From contig NW_024704743.1 of assembly GCF_018977255.1 (NCBI RefSeq), positions 42,472,001 through 42,536,000 of the forward strand: a stretch of DNA of 64,000 nucleotides, given 5' to 3'. A program made the position numbers and the translations under genes. This stretch comes from Callorhinchus milii. Taxonomy: Eukaryota. The number at the start of each line of letters is the position of its first letter. Position 1 is the stretch's first letter. Below the pieces are notes generated by a model. The model was not told where the DNA came from and made no database searches. It worked only from the letters and a program-made list of their open reading frames with translations. Below, piece after piece: positions 39,021 to 52,234 of the stretch.

Positions 39021-39834
39021 TGAGCTAATGCAAACCTGTGCGTATAATTGGCCTATTAGTAATTTAGGGAAACTGACTAATGCGGAATGCTGAAATAGGA
39101 GAGGAAGGTTAACCTTTATGGAAGCAAAAGTGCTGCAGGGTTTCAATGAAACCTGCACATGACTGATGGTACAGAATTTATTCACTGGGACTGTTACTGT
39201 TGTTATGTTTTCCTTGAGTAAACAATTATTTCTTGCGGCAATAAAACTATTATTCACTTCCACTGAATAAATATGACTGTAAATCTACACAGCAAGGTGG
39301 ACATTCTTGAGAAAGAAGAGGGGGAATGGAGGGAGAGAGAGAGATAAAGGAAGAGAAAGAGAGAAACAGAGAGGGGAAAGAAAGAAAACAAATATACTGC
39401 AAGAACAGTCAGAAAGGAAAAGTGAAAAAGTAGAGGATTAGAGAAAGAGATAGCGAGAACAAGTGCTTGATTTAAAGGATTAAGTAGCACCGCAAGGAAA
39501 GTGGCATTGAGGTGAAGTGATATGACTTGTATGTGGGATATAAATAGGAATATATTTTAGGGAAAATGCAAGTGATGCAAAACATGGAGCTGAAAGTTAG
39601 ATTTGGTTGAATATTGCTCTACTCATTTTGCATCATCCGTCTGCTCCAAAGAACTGCCAGCATTGCCAGTGGGAAGTGTGAAATCTGCACAAGATGAAAC
39701 ATGCTTCACTGAAACTCTCCAGCATTTTTGCTTCCATAAAGGTTAAGCTTACTCTCCTATTACAGCATTCTGCATTAGTCAGTTTCCCTGAATTACTGAT
39801 AGGCCAATTATACGAACAGGTTTGCATTAGCTCA
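39021..39834. repeat. Long inverted repeat: 130-bp arms (39021-39150 and 39705-39834), 554-nt spacer
   Basis: Manual ungapped alignment of the left arm to the reverse complement of the right arm gives 119/130 matches. Confidence 0.95.
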
Positions 39835-41879
39835 GCAACAGAATCGCACTGAACGACTGCAAAATCAGCAGTACAATTGTAGGTGTACACTCGGGGTCCA
39901 AGATCAATCTGATTTAACAGAAGAACTAGAGACCACCTCAAGCAAGTACTAACTGTGCTGGATGTCGTTTACAAAGAAGCAGGTAGTCTGCTAGACCGCC
40001 CTTAAGTTTTATCGTTGACAAAAAGGTAGCAATCCCAACGACTCTTCATTGACACTATAAAAATGTCACCAGCATTCAGATGCTAGCTGGGGAGTATAAA
40101 GCATTGCAAAGTTGGGGGTACACCTTGGTGTTGCTGGCTCATACTGCTCTTAAGTAGGTACTGTGTAGAGATAATAAACAAGGCAAACAGGATGCTCGTC
40201 TACATTGCCAGGAAACAATTCTTTATACAAAGTGACAACAACAACAACAATAATCGTTGGGTTTGTGATAGCGCCTTTTCATATTGGGAGGACATCTCAC
40301 ATACTGTGATGGGAGGATGGATTCCAGAATGGTGAGATTAAATGGACTCAAAGGCCTTCATCAACCAAAATTATTTGGTAATATTATGAAACAGCGTTTT
40401 AGTTACATTAACTTTGTATTATAATAATTATACCATATTTGTATAACTCACAGATCAGCAAATTTGTCAGCAGTATAGCTGGGAACAAGTCAACGTGGGA
40501 ATGTAAAGGAGCAGTGCTGAGTAGTTTATTTAATTAACATCCAATGTAATGGATTATAGAGCCACCTGAAATCCTTTTCACTGGTTGTTAATTACAGAAT
40601 TAAAGGCACTTGTAATTTCTATGTACACATGCATATTTGCATATGGTTAGCACAACCTGTAAAACCTAGCACGCAAATTAGACCAAAATTGCTACGTGTC
40701 AAAATTGCTACGCTTAACAAGAGGACGTTTACATCGCATAAGCTTGCTGACAAATTGTTCAATGTAATAATTGAAAATGCAGTGAAATTTAAATTCAGTG
40801 CACATAAATGGAAAGGATTCCAGATTCTATGAGTTTATACTTTTAGTAAAATTACAAAATTGTTTTTGATGAAGAAGACCCTTCGCCCCATCTGATCTAA
40901 TCTTTTCAGAATACCCACCCTCCCTTCACAGCACCACCTAGTATCAGTCCTGAAATTGCCCTTTGCAACTCTAAACCTCTGTCCTTTTGTTCTACTGTCT
41001 TGGATCATCCTAAAGTATTGTTATGGGTTTACTTTTTCAACCATATTTAAAATATTATACACCTCAGAGTTCCCTCTCTCAAGACTGAAGAGCCTTGAAA
41101 ATATCCATTCGACTTGAAGTTATCCAGGGAACAAATGAGCAATGCTCATGAGGTGTACTGCATTCTGCTGATTCCAAAAAAAGAATATCGAAGGCTAACG
41201 TATCAACTTAATCCAATTTAGTGGAGTTCCAAACCAAAAAGCTCCTGTGGTGATATGCTGTTCAATGAAATAAGAATCAGGTAACAAGGCAAGATCTAGT
41301 GCAGTAGAAATGTAATGTCATTTTCAAATTACCTTCTTCATTTATATTGTAACATGGCATTGCAAAAAAACCTACCTAGCCCAGAGCAACAAATTCAGTA
41401 CATATAATTCATGGAGCAGAATGACTCCCAATGACAGGAGATGTGACCCATCCTTTGTTTTAAATGTTGAGAAGAATCGATCATGTAGAAGCAATTAGAT
41501 TAACCTTGGCCAAGACAACTGGAGGATGCGAGTTAAAACTAAGAAACCTCAAGTCATTCTGAGATTAGGAGGAATCCCTCTCCCCTTCAACAGAGCACAA
41601 ATATTATGGAATTAGAAGCGATCAACAACTCTACAAATAAACTGGATGAATATTTCTTTACAAATAGGATTGAAGGTTATTGAGGATGTTATTATAACAA
41701 CACCTATCATAATAATAATTGCTGCACTTGATATAATCACCTGGCTGCACTAGAAAAATCTCAAACAATAATGAGATGAATGATCAATTTAATCTGAAGG
41801 GTTGTTGGCCAAGAAACTGGGAGAAGCTACTTGCTCAAACAGTATGCTGGAACCACACCCTTCCTTTCACAAATTCAAC

Positions 41880-42670
41880 CCCAGTTGTTCTAACCATTTG
41901 CCTGTCAGACATCAAGTCCTGGTTGAGTTCTAACTTTCCACAATTCAATTTCAATAGGTTTGAGGCTCTTCTGTTTGGCTCGAATCAGCACCTTCTCACC
42001 TCCGCATCAACCGGCATGGATGCCAGTGCAAAACCTTGGTGTCTTGTTTGACTCACAACCTCCTTTAAGTCCTATATCCAGGGTCTCAAATGGTCGACTT
42101 TCCCTCACCTCCGCAACATTGCCTGGTTATGACACTCCCCCCACACCCCCACTGCGGTTGTCGTGATCTTTATCCATTCCTTCATCACATCCAGGCTTCC
42201 CATGCCTTGCCCACAAGATTCCCAGCTTTTCCCTTCACAAGCTGAAAAACATTCCGAACTCTATAGCCTGCATCCTTTCCCCACTAGTCCATGAGCCACG
42301 CAGATTGAATTCAAGAACCTTGTTCTCACTTTCAAATGCCTCCATGCCCTCGCCCCACCCTATCTCTACCACCTCCTGCAATGCTACTGCCCTGCCTGCT
42401 CCCCCTACTCAGCAAATGCCAAACTACTTCATGCCCCTCATCCCATTAGTAAGCAAGTTTTCAGCCATTCTGCTCCTGATCTCTAGAACTCTATCGCAGA
42501 GTCCACCCGTCTTGTACTTTCCATCCCAACCTTTAAAACCTACCTTAAGACCTTCCTCTTTGACCATGCTCTCAGCCACTTTCTCCCCCACCCCCAGCTC
42601 CCAGTGAACTGTGTAAAGCTCTTTGAGATTTCGTCCTGATGTGAAAGATATTATCTAAATGCAAACTGTA
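41880..42670 (+). mobile_element. Degenerate L2-type LINE 3' fragment
   Basis: CLSDIKSWLSSNFPQFN..FEALLFG and VQNLGVLFDSQ motifs in ORFs 41776 and 41960; L2 tail near 42640-42670. Confidence 0.82.
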
Positions 42671-43904
42671 ATTGTAATCTTCATATGAACTTCTAGTGAG
42701 AAAGTGAAACTTGCTTCCTAAATTTGCATAAAAACTTATTTTGCTATTGACATGGGCAAGTGAAATTATCGTCACATGCTTCTTATGCAGCCTATATTTT
42801 TATCAACACATGCTAGAGTTAATTCTTAGTAATCTGGAATTACTGGGGAAATTTTACAACACAATATACATTTATGCAGCACCTTTCATGTCTCGAAGGC
42901 GTCTCAAAGCACTTTTAGACCTTAAATGCACATGTCCCCATTACTCCCAGTCTCTAAACTGAAATTACTGGAAAGCTTTTAGAACACCAGTACCTTTGAG
43001 CTATTGAAAGGTTACATTTTACATTCACTTAGGTAATTATTTGACTAATTTGTTTTCTTTTCGCATTGTATAGAGCCTTTGATAAAGTGCTCATTGAAAT
43101 TGTCTGCTCATGCGAACACCATTCACAGTACCACACAACTGTGAAATTGGATTAATGTGAATATAATTTTTATTAGAGGATTTATTTGAAGTGATTTGCT
43201 TTACTGTCACCTCCTTTTGTCTAAAGCCCCAATTGTTTTCTGTAGCCACTCATTAATATTTTATGATAATAATTTTATTATCAATGTTGTCAATTTCCGT
43301 CTATTGTCACTTTCTGTGAGTAAAGGACAAAACGCGATGGTGCACAGACATTATAATTTTTCTGTCACAGCTATCAGATCAAAGCATGCATATCGCACTC
43401 TAATTACAATGGAATCGAAATCTTCACAAGAATTCAGCAGGAATCACTGAAGAGAAAGTGATCTGTTCACTTAGCAAAATGGTTCAAAGTGACTGTGCTG
43501 CTTTGGAAAAAAAACAACACATCATCTTGAAGAGAAGGAGTTGTTCTCATTTCAGGCGAATGGTTTCTTTCAATTTGCAAGCTCTTCACCCCAAAAAACC
43601 CAGTGTCAATAAGTATGTGATGAGAAGGCACTGGATATCCTACGAGTGCCTTGAGCCAAGTGATCAGAGGGCTATAAAGTTAAGATAATCACTAAAATAA
43701 TTAATCTTTCCAATGTGTAACTAGAATGTGGGAATCTTTGGCACACACCATTGATTGTTAAGGCAAAGTCTATTCACTATTTTATAAAAAAGGAAATTAG
43801 ATATGAGTTGAAAAAGAGGAACAGTAAAAGGGTATGCGGAAGGGAACAAGAGAGTGGGATTATATCAGGCGTCTCGAAAACCAGTGCAGAAATTATGTGT
43901 GAAT

Positions 43905-44420
43905 GACAACTACAAATTATGTTTGTACAGCGCCTTTCACGTCGGGAAGATGTCCCAAGAAGCTAGACAAACAGGAATTTGGACCCAAACAGGGGGTTGG
44001 GATTAGGAGGGGTGGAGGGCAGGGAGATAGGGGTAGGAGGGTGACCAAAGGCACAGTCGAAGAGGAGGGTCTTGAGACGTGCCGTCAGGGAGGCAAGGGA
44101 GGGAGCGAGGTGAAGGGAATGTGGGATGGAGTTCCAAAGGGTGGGGGCAAAGAGGCTGAAGGCCCGACCACCAAGGTGGAATAGTCCGGGTGGGAGACGA
44201 GGAGCAGGCTGGAGCCTGGTGAGCGAGCAGGTTGATATAGTGTTGTTAGGTCATAGATGTAGGAAGGAGTAAGGCCGTGGAGGACTTTGAAGACGAGGAC
44301 GAGGATTTTGAACTCTATCCTTTGGGGAATGGGGAGCCAATAGAGCCGGGTGGGTGTGGTATGGTCACGGAGCCTCGTGTGTGAGAGGACACGAGCTGCA
44401 GAGTTCTGGATGATCTGCAG
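43905..44420 (-). mobile_element. L2-type LINE 3' end
   Basis: Closely similar to 20221-20700 and 33157-33510. Confidence 0.87.
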
Positions 44421-44476
44421 TTGTCACAATAGCCGATTGCTGTTCCAAGGCTTTCTTATTGTATATAATCTACAAA

Positions 44477-44791
44477 TGGATTCCTGTAGCTCAGTGGTTA
44501 CAGCACTCGCTTTGCAAGAGAAACCTGGGTTCGATTCCTGGCAGGGTGAAATCTTGGGCAAGTTTCCTTACTCCACACGCCTGATAATAATCCCACAAGA
44601 AAAAAAAACTATAATAAATTGGGTCATTTCAATCCAGGACTGTTTGTGGGACACTGCTGTGCACAATTGGCTGCAGCATTTCGCCCACAAATATTCAGTC
44701 AATTCACTTTACAGTCTATTCTGTGAAGCATTATGAGACGTCTAGAAGACATGGAAAGCGCTATATCAAATGCAAGGATTATTATTATTAT
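44477..44791 (+). mobile_element. Full-length tRNA-Ala-derived SINE
   Basis: A box tagctcagtgg, B box ggttcgattcc, family body, (tta)n. Confidence 0.94.
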
Positions 44792-45489
44792 CCTTATAAA
44801 TGTGTCAGCAGGTTATGAGGTGCTTTCCATTGCACCTGTAGAAAATCTTCTCTTATTAGTCTACCACCATGTGTAATGCTCCAGTCAAGGAGAAAGACAG
44901 GTGATTCCCTGCAAAACCAAAAGTACACTGTGGCCTTGATTTTCTTTTCATGAAATTTATGAGAATGCGATGGATAAATTGTATTTCCACCTGAAAATAA
45001 ACTGTCTCCATTCAACAACTTCCTTGAACAACTGAGGAGTATCACAAGGGCAGGCAGCCTGGGGTGAGATCCATCAAAAGATGATTGGCATGATTGGCTT
45101 TGTGGTCTTTTTCTATTGCTGATTGGGATAACTTGCTTGCAACTCAATGGAACAGCTTGTTTAGGCTTTAACCCATTGCTCTGCCATCCACCATATAATC
45201 TAATTATACGAAAGCCGCTTGCTTTACGCGTTCCCATGGTAACACAATTCCACAAAGAAGGAGCACGATCTGTTGCTACTGATTAATGTGGTTAAAAATG
45301 CATTGTGCTCTGCTTCTGGCTTCTGAGTGGCATGCAGACTTGTGATGGAAAAAGAAAATCCACAATCCATTATACTTGAGCAATAACCATTATATAGCAA
45401 AAACTACCATTCCTCATGAATAGATTGATTGATCAGTGTTGTAAGACCAGATTGCTTAAAGTAAAACAAAATTAAGATCAGTGCAGAGG

Positions 45490-45860
45490 TTGATAATAAT
45501 CCTTACATTTGGTACAGGGCCTGTTAAGAGGATGTCCCAAAGCTCTTCACAAAATATATATGAGTGAAGTGACTCTGTGTTTTGTAGATGAAATGCTGCA
45601 GCCAATTTTACAGAAACAGCTGTAAGGTGAATGACCAATTGTATCAGCAGGATTGTTGGCCAGGACATTGAGAGAAACTCTCTTGTCGAATAGTGCCATG
45701 GAATCTTTAACGTCCACCTGAATAGGTAGATGGGTTTAACATCTGATCCGAATGATGAAACCTCCGACAGTATTGCACTGAAGTGTCAGCTTAGACTATG
45801 AGTTCAAAGACCCACCGCGGGACTTGAACCCACAACCTTTTGACTCAGAGCTGAAAGCGC
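45490..45860 (-). mobile_element. Older Deu-domain-type SINE
   Basis: Reverse complement matches the copies at 25350 and 27380. Confidence 0.75.
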
Positions 45861-46840
45861 TAAGTGCTCTGGGACACTACGGCTGCGTGAGGGGCGCTAC
45901 ATAAATGCAAATTGTTGTTTTTGTTGCTACTGACAAAGATAGGCTGGAATCATTTTCTCAAATTCCACCAAATTCTCCATCAATATATTAACATGGTCAA
46001 AGAAGACTCTTGCTCTTTCTCCCTCCCCTTTGGGATCTTATTATATTCAATATGTTTAATTGAGCTCCTCTTGGAGCCAAGGAAGTGACACTCACCCTCT
46101 GGTTCATGGAATAGAAAAATCACTGCATGATTGATTAGAATTCTCAGATCCCAAAGAACACAATTGGGGAGTGAGAAAGAGTTTTACTTGACCGTGCTAA
46201 CCTATTGATTCAATGCCCGAATTAAAACTTTGGAAACATAAGAAGCAGTTTCAATTGCGAGATCTACAAAACAACTACAAATCTACATCAAATGCAAGGA
46301 TTATAAATCGCGAAATCTGGCAAATTGAAGGGGAAAAAAAGAGTTGGCAAGCAAAATCAATATTTCTTGACCCAATTTGTGAGTCTTGCCAATTTGCTCA
46401 TTGCAGATCAGCGAATACGATTTATTTCCATCTTGCGAGTAATAAAGACAGATTTTCAAACAAATTGATGGGATTATTGATTGAAACCATGGTACAAATT
46501 ATTCCGATGTAATCTGTTTCAAACCTTATATAGATTATGCAGTATTATATGAATAAAAGGACTCAAGTAAAAATCTCACTACTCTACATTTTGATGAGAG
46601 CTTAGTAACATGAGGAAAAGCTATCCCAAATGAAAAACATTTTACATGTTCTGTAAATTTCAGTAAAACAAATAGGTGGGGGGAAAAGACAAGTACAATT
46701 TCTTTTTTAAATTAAATTTCTTGTACTTTTATAAATGTATAAGGAGATTTACTCTAAAGCGAAGTCTCCTACTGCTAGCACAAATTTACCATGCTACAAC
46801 ACAAAATTATTCAATAACCTTTCATTCTCGAGTGAACAGA

Positions 46841-47080
46841 AACTGTAATTTTCTAACATTTTGGAAGAGTGCATGGTAGATATTGAAAAACCATGACACA
46901 GAGTGCCACCTCTTTACAAGTATCAACATTGCCTTCAAGAAGAGTATTGGAATCAAACATAACTGTAATTTTCTAACATTTTGGAAGAGTGCATGGTAGA
47001 TATTGAAAAACCATGACACAGAGTGCCACCTCTTTACAAGTATCAACATTGCCTTCAAGAAGAGTATTGGAATCAAACAT
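46841..47080. repeat. Perfect 120-bp tandem duplication
   Basis: 46841-46960 is identical to 46961-47080. Confidence 0.98.
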
Positions 47081-47182
47081 AAAAGTCTTAAGGTTGTGAA
47101 TAATCAGTGCCCGAGATCTATCCAGTGCCACAATGTCTGCAGAGGCCTGAGGCATTGGACAACAAGGGTGAGTCACTGAAGG

Positions 47183-47517
47183 AATAATAATAATAATAAT
47201 AATAATAATCCTTGCATTTGATATAGCGCTTTTCACGTCGGGAGGACGTCCCAAAGCGCTTCACAGAACACACTGTAAAGTGAATTGACTGTATATTTGT
47301 GGGCGAACGCGGCAGCCAATTGCGCACAGCAATGTCCCACAAACAGTCTTAGATTGAAAATGACCAATTTATTATTGTTTTTGGTTTTGGAGGGATTATT
47401 ATTAGGGTTGTGTGTGGAGTAAGGAAACTTGCCCAAGGTTTCGCCCTGCCTGGAATTGAACTCAGGTCTCCCACTTGCAAAGCGAGTGCTCTAACCACTG
47501 AGCTACAGGACTCCACA
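47183..47517 (-). mobile_element. Young full-length tRNA-Ala-derived SINE
   Basis: Intact boxes and (tta)n tail; near identical to the copies at 38567 and 19888. Confidence 0.96.
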
Positions 47518-47942
47518 ATAGTGTTTCAATGAGTATTTTCAGCAGTGATGGAAAAGCTGGTTAGGTATTTCACACTAGGCTGATGCTGTACTTCTGGAGA
47601 TCTCTTTAGGCTAAGAGGATAGCTAAAACGCTAAAAACTTGGGTTCCAAAAAAGCTAACTCACTTGGTTCAAGAGTGAAAAGTAAAATTCTTGAGTTAAA
47701 GGGCAAAAAAGAGTTTATAAAGCAAAAGCTTTGTGTGGATTTGCAATTGGATGGATTTGATTTTCTGCCTGGATTTCTGTTCAACCCTAATAAAGAATCT
47801 TGAACACAGATATTCTGGAACGAGGTCCAAAATGTTTGAGTGCTTTGCCTATTCATCAGTCCCACTGCAAGTTTGAAATAATGAAGCTTCCTGAAATTAA
47901 AGAGAGATCATGAAGAAAAATGATCAAAATAAATTTGCTTAC

Positions 47943-47989
47943 ATTTTTCCAATGCATCCATTGCTGCTCCCATCTCTGCTTGCTGAATG
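47943..47989 (-). CDS. DROSHA: DROSHA penultimate exon (end of dsRBD), 47 nt
   Basis: IQQAEMGAAMDALEK(Y); aaatag acceptor, gtaagc donor; phases match both neighbours. Confidence 0.94.
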
Positions 47990-50900
47990 CTATTTAAAAC
48001 AAAACCATTACTGTATTATAATGAGAAAACCAGGCAAAGGGAATCATAATATGACTCAGTGGCACAATATGTGAGGAAACACTTAGGTTATATAACATAC
48101 AACCATTACAAGCAGTCCAAAAAGGGGCTAAATGAACATCTCTTTTCTCTCAATACTGTAGTGTCTCAATTGAATAAGTTATCAATTTTAATCCTGTGGA
48201 ACCCCTCCAGGTGCTAACCTAACAATTTTAGGGCGAAAGGAGAGAGCAGTGCTACTATTCAGGTCAAAGAGGTGCAGAATGAGTGCTCATACATTTAGGT
48301 CTTAAAAAGCATTACATTACACAGAAGAATCTGTGTATTACTTCCAGTTTGATGTAACCCATTAAAGAGAGGATGGTAGTGAAAAGAATATTTATTACTG
48401 TTTTTAATGTATGTAAGTTATATGTTTGAATAAATTTTCATGTTCATTAGGCTGTATAATACCAATGCTGTCAAATGGAATAAATTACCCTTTTGTATCA
48501 GCGTCAAAGGGGATACTTTACTATTTTTTTTCGCTTTAACAATGTACCTTATCACCAATCATCAGCAAAGCATCTTTTATTGGACCATTTTCCGTACCTC
48601 AAAACCTCTCAGAGAGGGAGAGAGAGAAAACACAGTTCTGTGCTGCGCACCCACTGCTGGTGGCATTGACAGTACAACCTAATTTCATGAATGGAGCTGA
48701 TATTTGAGAAATAGAGACAAGAGAGAAAAAAAGACTTTCACCCCCATTAGAAACCCAGGTCTCAAAGGCTGAAGAACAGATTTGTAACCTACTGTATCTG
48801 AATCCCAACTAGCACAATTCAATGCACCTCCTTTTATTCTGAGTGCTTCAAAACTAAAATACGAACGAACAGGAAAGAAGTTTATGAGACAGTGGGCACC
48901 AGGAAGTGAGAGCTACATCAACAGCAGCCTGAGGTCACTACCTAACCAAAGATGAACTACGCATCATTCCTCTATTTCCTCACTTCACCTCAACCCCACC
49001 CCCAGCTCAGATGGAATGTTTTCCAGAAGGGAGAAGGGAAGTCATTGGTTTGAGAAGCAAATTGTGTTTAGATACTCCTAGAAACCAGTTTTGCATGCCT
49101 AGCTTCTGGTTTCAGAGAGTACATTATTACTTCTTTGTCCAACTGGGCATCTGCTCTGAGGCGATGCGGCTAATCCTTTGTAATAGGATGACTTCTGTGG
49201 CAGCACATTGTTAATCCAGACCTGCCTGTGTACACTAGCCGCACCAGAACACTGCGTGAATATGTGTCCTCGGCGTCGAGTGTTTCACATTCCCGTGGAA
49301 AGCTCTGCTAGACAGCAATATCCTTGCACCTGTTCTTGGCGTGCAGGGTGAATGCAAAATTAAACACTGCCTATAGATCAGGGATTGCTGGAGCATAAGG
49401 AAGGAAACATGAAGGTCTGTAATGTGACCATTGGTAATTCCTATACAATATAATTCAAGCCTTTGAGAGGTCTCAGAAGCCACAAGTGTCCATCTATTGA
49501 GAATCTGCCCTTGAATTACAATGTAGGATATCTATTCCATTCTGATCTGCCATCAGCAAAGAGGATGATCATAACACTATAGTGTAGTTCATATTACATA
49601 CAGTAAATTTATTCCCCTCATCTTTTCATTCCCTTCCCCCCCTCACCGCGCCCCCCATATCCATCTCTTGCCTTGACTCGCAAATCTATTTTTGCTGCAA
49701 TATACAGTTGATACTCTGGGATAGAATGAGAAAAATCTATGACGGCAGTTTTATTATTAATGAAAATGACAAACATTCTGAGCTGTATCATTTGTAAAGT
49801 TGTTTTACTTTAATAACTCATTTATACCATCATAATAAATGGATAGTGGATGCAGTTTGGTTTAATATCATTAATGATAACACATTCCACGGTGTTCATT
49901 TATCAGTGTTCCTTAAGTCAGGTGGCAGTAGATTTATGGGAGGGAAGATCGAACACAATTGCAAAACAGTTATCATGCAGACACTGGTCCACGTTTTGAA
50001 ATCTTCAAAAACATATTTAGTGTTTAGACCGAAGGCAGCGTGTTGCTTCACTAGTAAAATGCTCAAAGTATTCCAACAAAATTTGAAACCGGACAGTACT
50101 GAAACTACAGTGTGAACATTTTAAGTGGAGAAATTGAAAATATGTAATTGTCCTTTATTAAAATACATCTAAAAACGAAATAACTATAATCATAGCAGTG
50201 AAGGAGAATGCATGTGAAGGTGCTGTGTAGCAACAGAATGAAGGAATTAAACAAGTTATTTGGGTGCACGCAATTTCCTGGGCAATTTAACCTTTGCTTT
50301 GACACAAATTATAGATTCTTGAGACATTGCTTTGTTAAATAAATAATAAGGCATTTTCTTTAATAATCTTCTTTAATGGTAGTTCAGAAACCCAGAGAGA
50401 GAGATTGCATCTCTTTCTGCTGTCAAGTATGTAATTGAAACGAGTCGGGGGGGAAAAAAAATCATCAAAAATCAGACTTCAAAACACTTTACTTTGTGGA
50501 GAAGTTTAGATTGATGGCACAAATAATGCTGCAGGACTACAAAAAAGAGATGCTTTTATCACAATGTCTGTGATAAGTGATCCATAACAAAATATGCTAG
50601 GGGCAATTTATTTTGACTACTTGGCTAAAATAAGATGTTTTGGTAAATGACAGCATTGAGGTGTAGGCCTGTACGCTATTCGGTGTCCTCCTCATTCTCC
50701 CCACTTTGTCGTTTCCCCCCAAACCCCCCCACCCAGATGCCGAGCTTGCTTAGAGATTCAATTCAATATACATTTATATAGTGCCTTTCACATTAGGAGC
50801 ATGTCTCAAAGTGTTTAACACTGCTGTCTCAGCATCCGATTAAGACTCTTAATAATAATAATAATCCTTGTTGAGGCGTCTCAACGCGCTTCACAAAATA

Positions 50901-52234
50901 TACTATAAAACATTTTGTGGGGCCAAAATACACAATAATATCAACTAAGCTGAAGTCTATTGCTACCGTACTGTACTGGGGATTACCTGGAAAAAATGCT
51001 GCTTATCTCAGTTGCTCTGCCAAAGTCCATAGGATGATTGTGTTGCTAGACTATTTGTTTTTAGACAACAATAAATTACATTTGTATAGCGCCTTTCATG
51101 TCTGGAGAACATCCCAAGATGCTGAAACCCCCTATTGTTTTAGGCGATCCTATCAAGAAACAATTAGGTTTAATCCAGTGATACTGTGAAAAATTTGGTT
51201 TCAAAATAGTCTGGCACATGTTTTCAACCTTCTTGTAATAATATAATAATAATAAACCTTGCATTTGTTATATGGCCTGTAAAATCAAAACAGCTTAATG
51301 TGCTTCACAGGGAATTGCTGTCAAATGAGGTGTCTGTGCATTTGTAGGCAAGCATAAATGTAGGCTGCACATTAGCAGCTAACAATAACAGAGGCTAAGG
51401 TTGCAATGAGGTTTCTATTTCAGCTAGGGGAATGTTGTGTATACTGAGGAGTGACATAAAAATGGTATTTTTTGGTAAACACAATCTTGTTGTTGAATTC
51501 ACCACGGTTTCTAATGTGGGTGATGAAGTTTACTGAAAGCAGTTACCTGGAGCAGAGTGAACAGAATGAAGATAACGAAAAGCAGGCTGAATAAGCAAGC
51601 AGAATTCCAACTCCGATTCACATTCACTGGTAGTGCAGCCAACAGTAAACTCATCTGCAGTGCATCAGCATCTAAAGTGCTCCCCTCCCAGGAGAAGTTA
51701 ATTGAGAGGGAAGTAGTGGGAGGCAGTGCAGAGCTGAAAGATTTGTTTCAATCTCCACTTCTCACATTTGGGAGCCGCAGTTCAAATTTAATGCAAGGAT
51801 CTCTCCTAACGGTAGCGGTTCACTTTCACAGGCAAATTAAGACGGGCTATTTTAGATTACAATTAATGCTGTGAAGATTACAATTAAGGAGCACAAAACC
51901 ATTGAGTTTGTGGCTAAACTGCTTTATAATTCTCATCTCTGAAAGGCTCAGGGAAGGGCAGTTGGTTGGCAGAGATATCAGTGCAGCCCCCTGCAGGGTT
52001 ATTTTGCTTATTAAGTCGCATAGCTGACTACATCAAAAAATACTTTGTTACCATAGACCACAGAATATTTTGTCATTAACAGCATTAAACCAAAGTGTAA
52101 TATCCATATCCATTTATCAGAATGAAAAAAATAAGTCAAAGTGTTAAATCAGCAGAGGGATGTTAACGACATCTTCTTTGAAGAAGGCTTTATTATTAAT
52201 GCTGTTTATAAACCATGGAGCTCGAGACCACTTG

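Noticed and set aside
46841..47080. Possible CRISPR-like array
   Set aside because: Two contiguous identical units with no spacers, in a vertebrate intron
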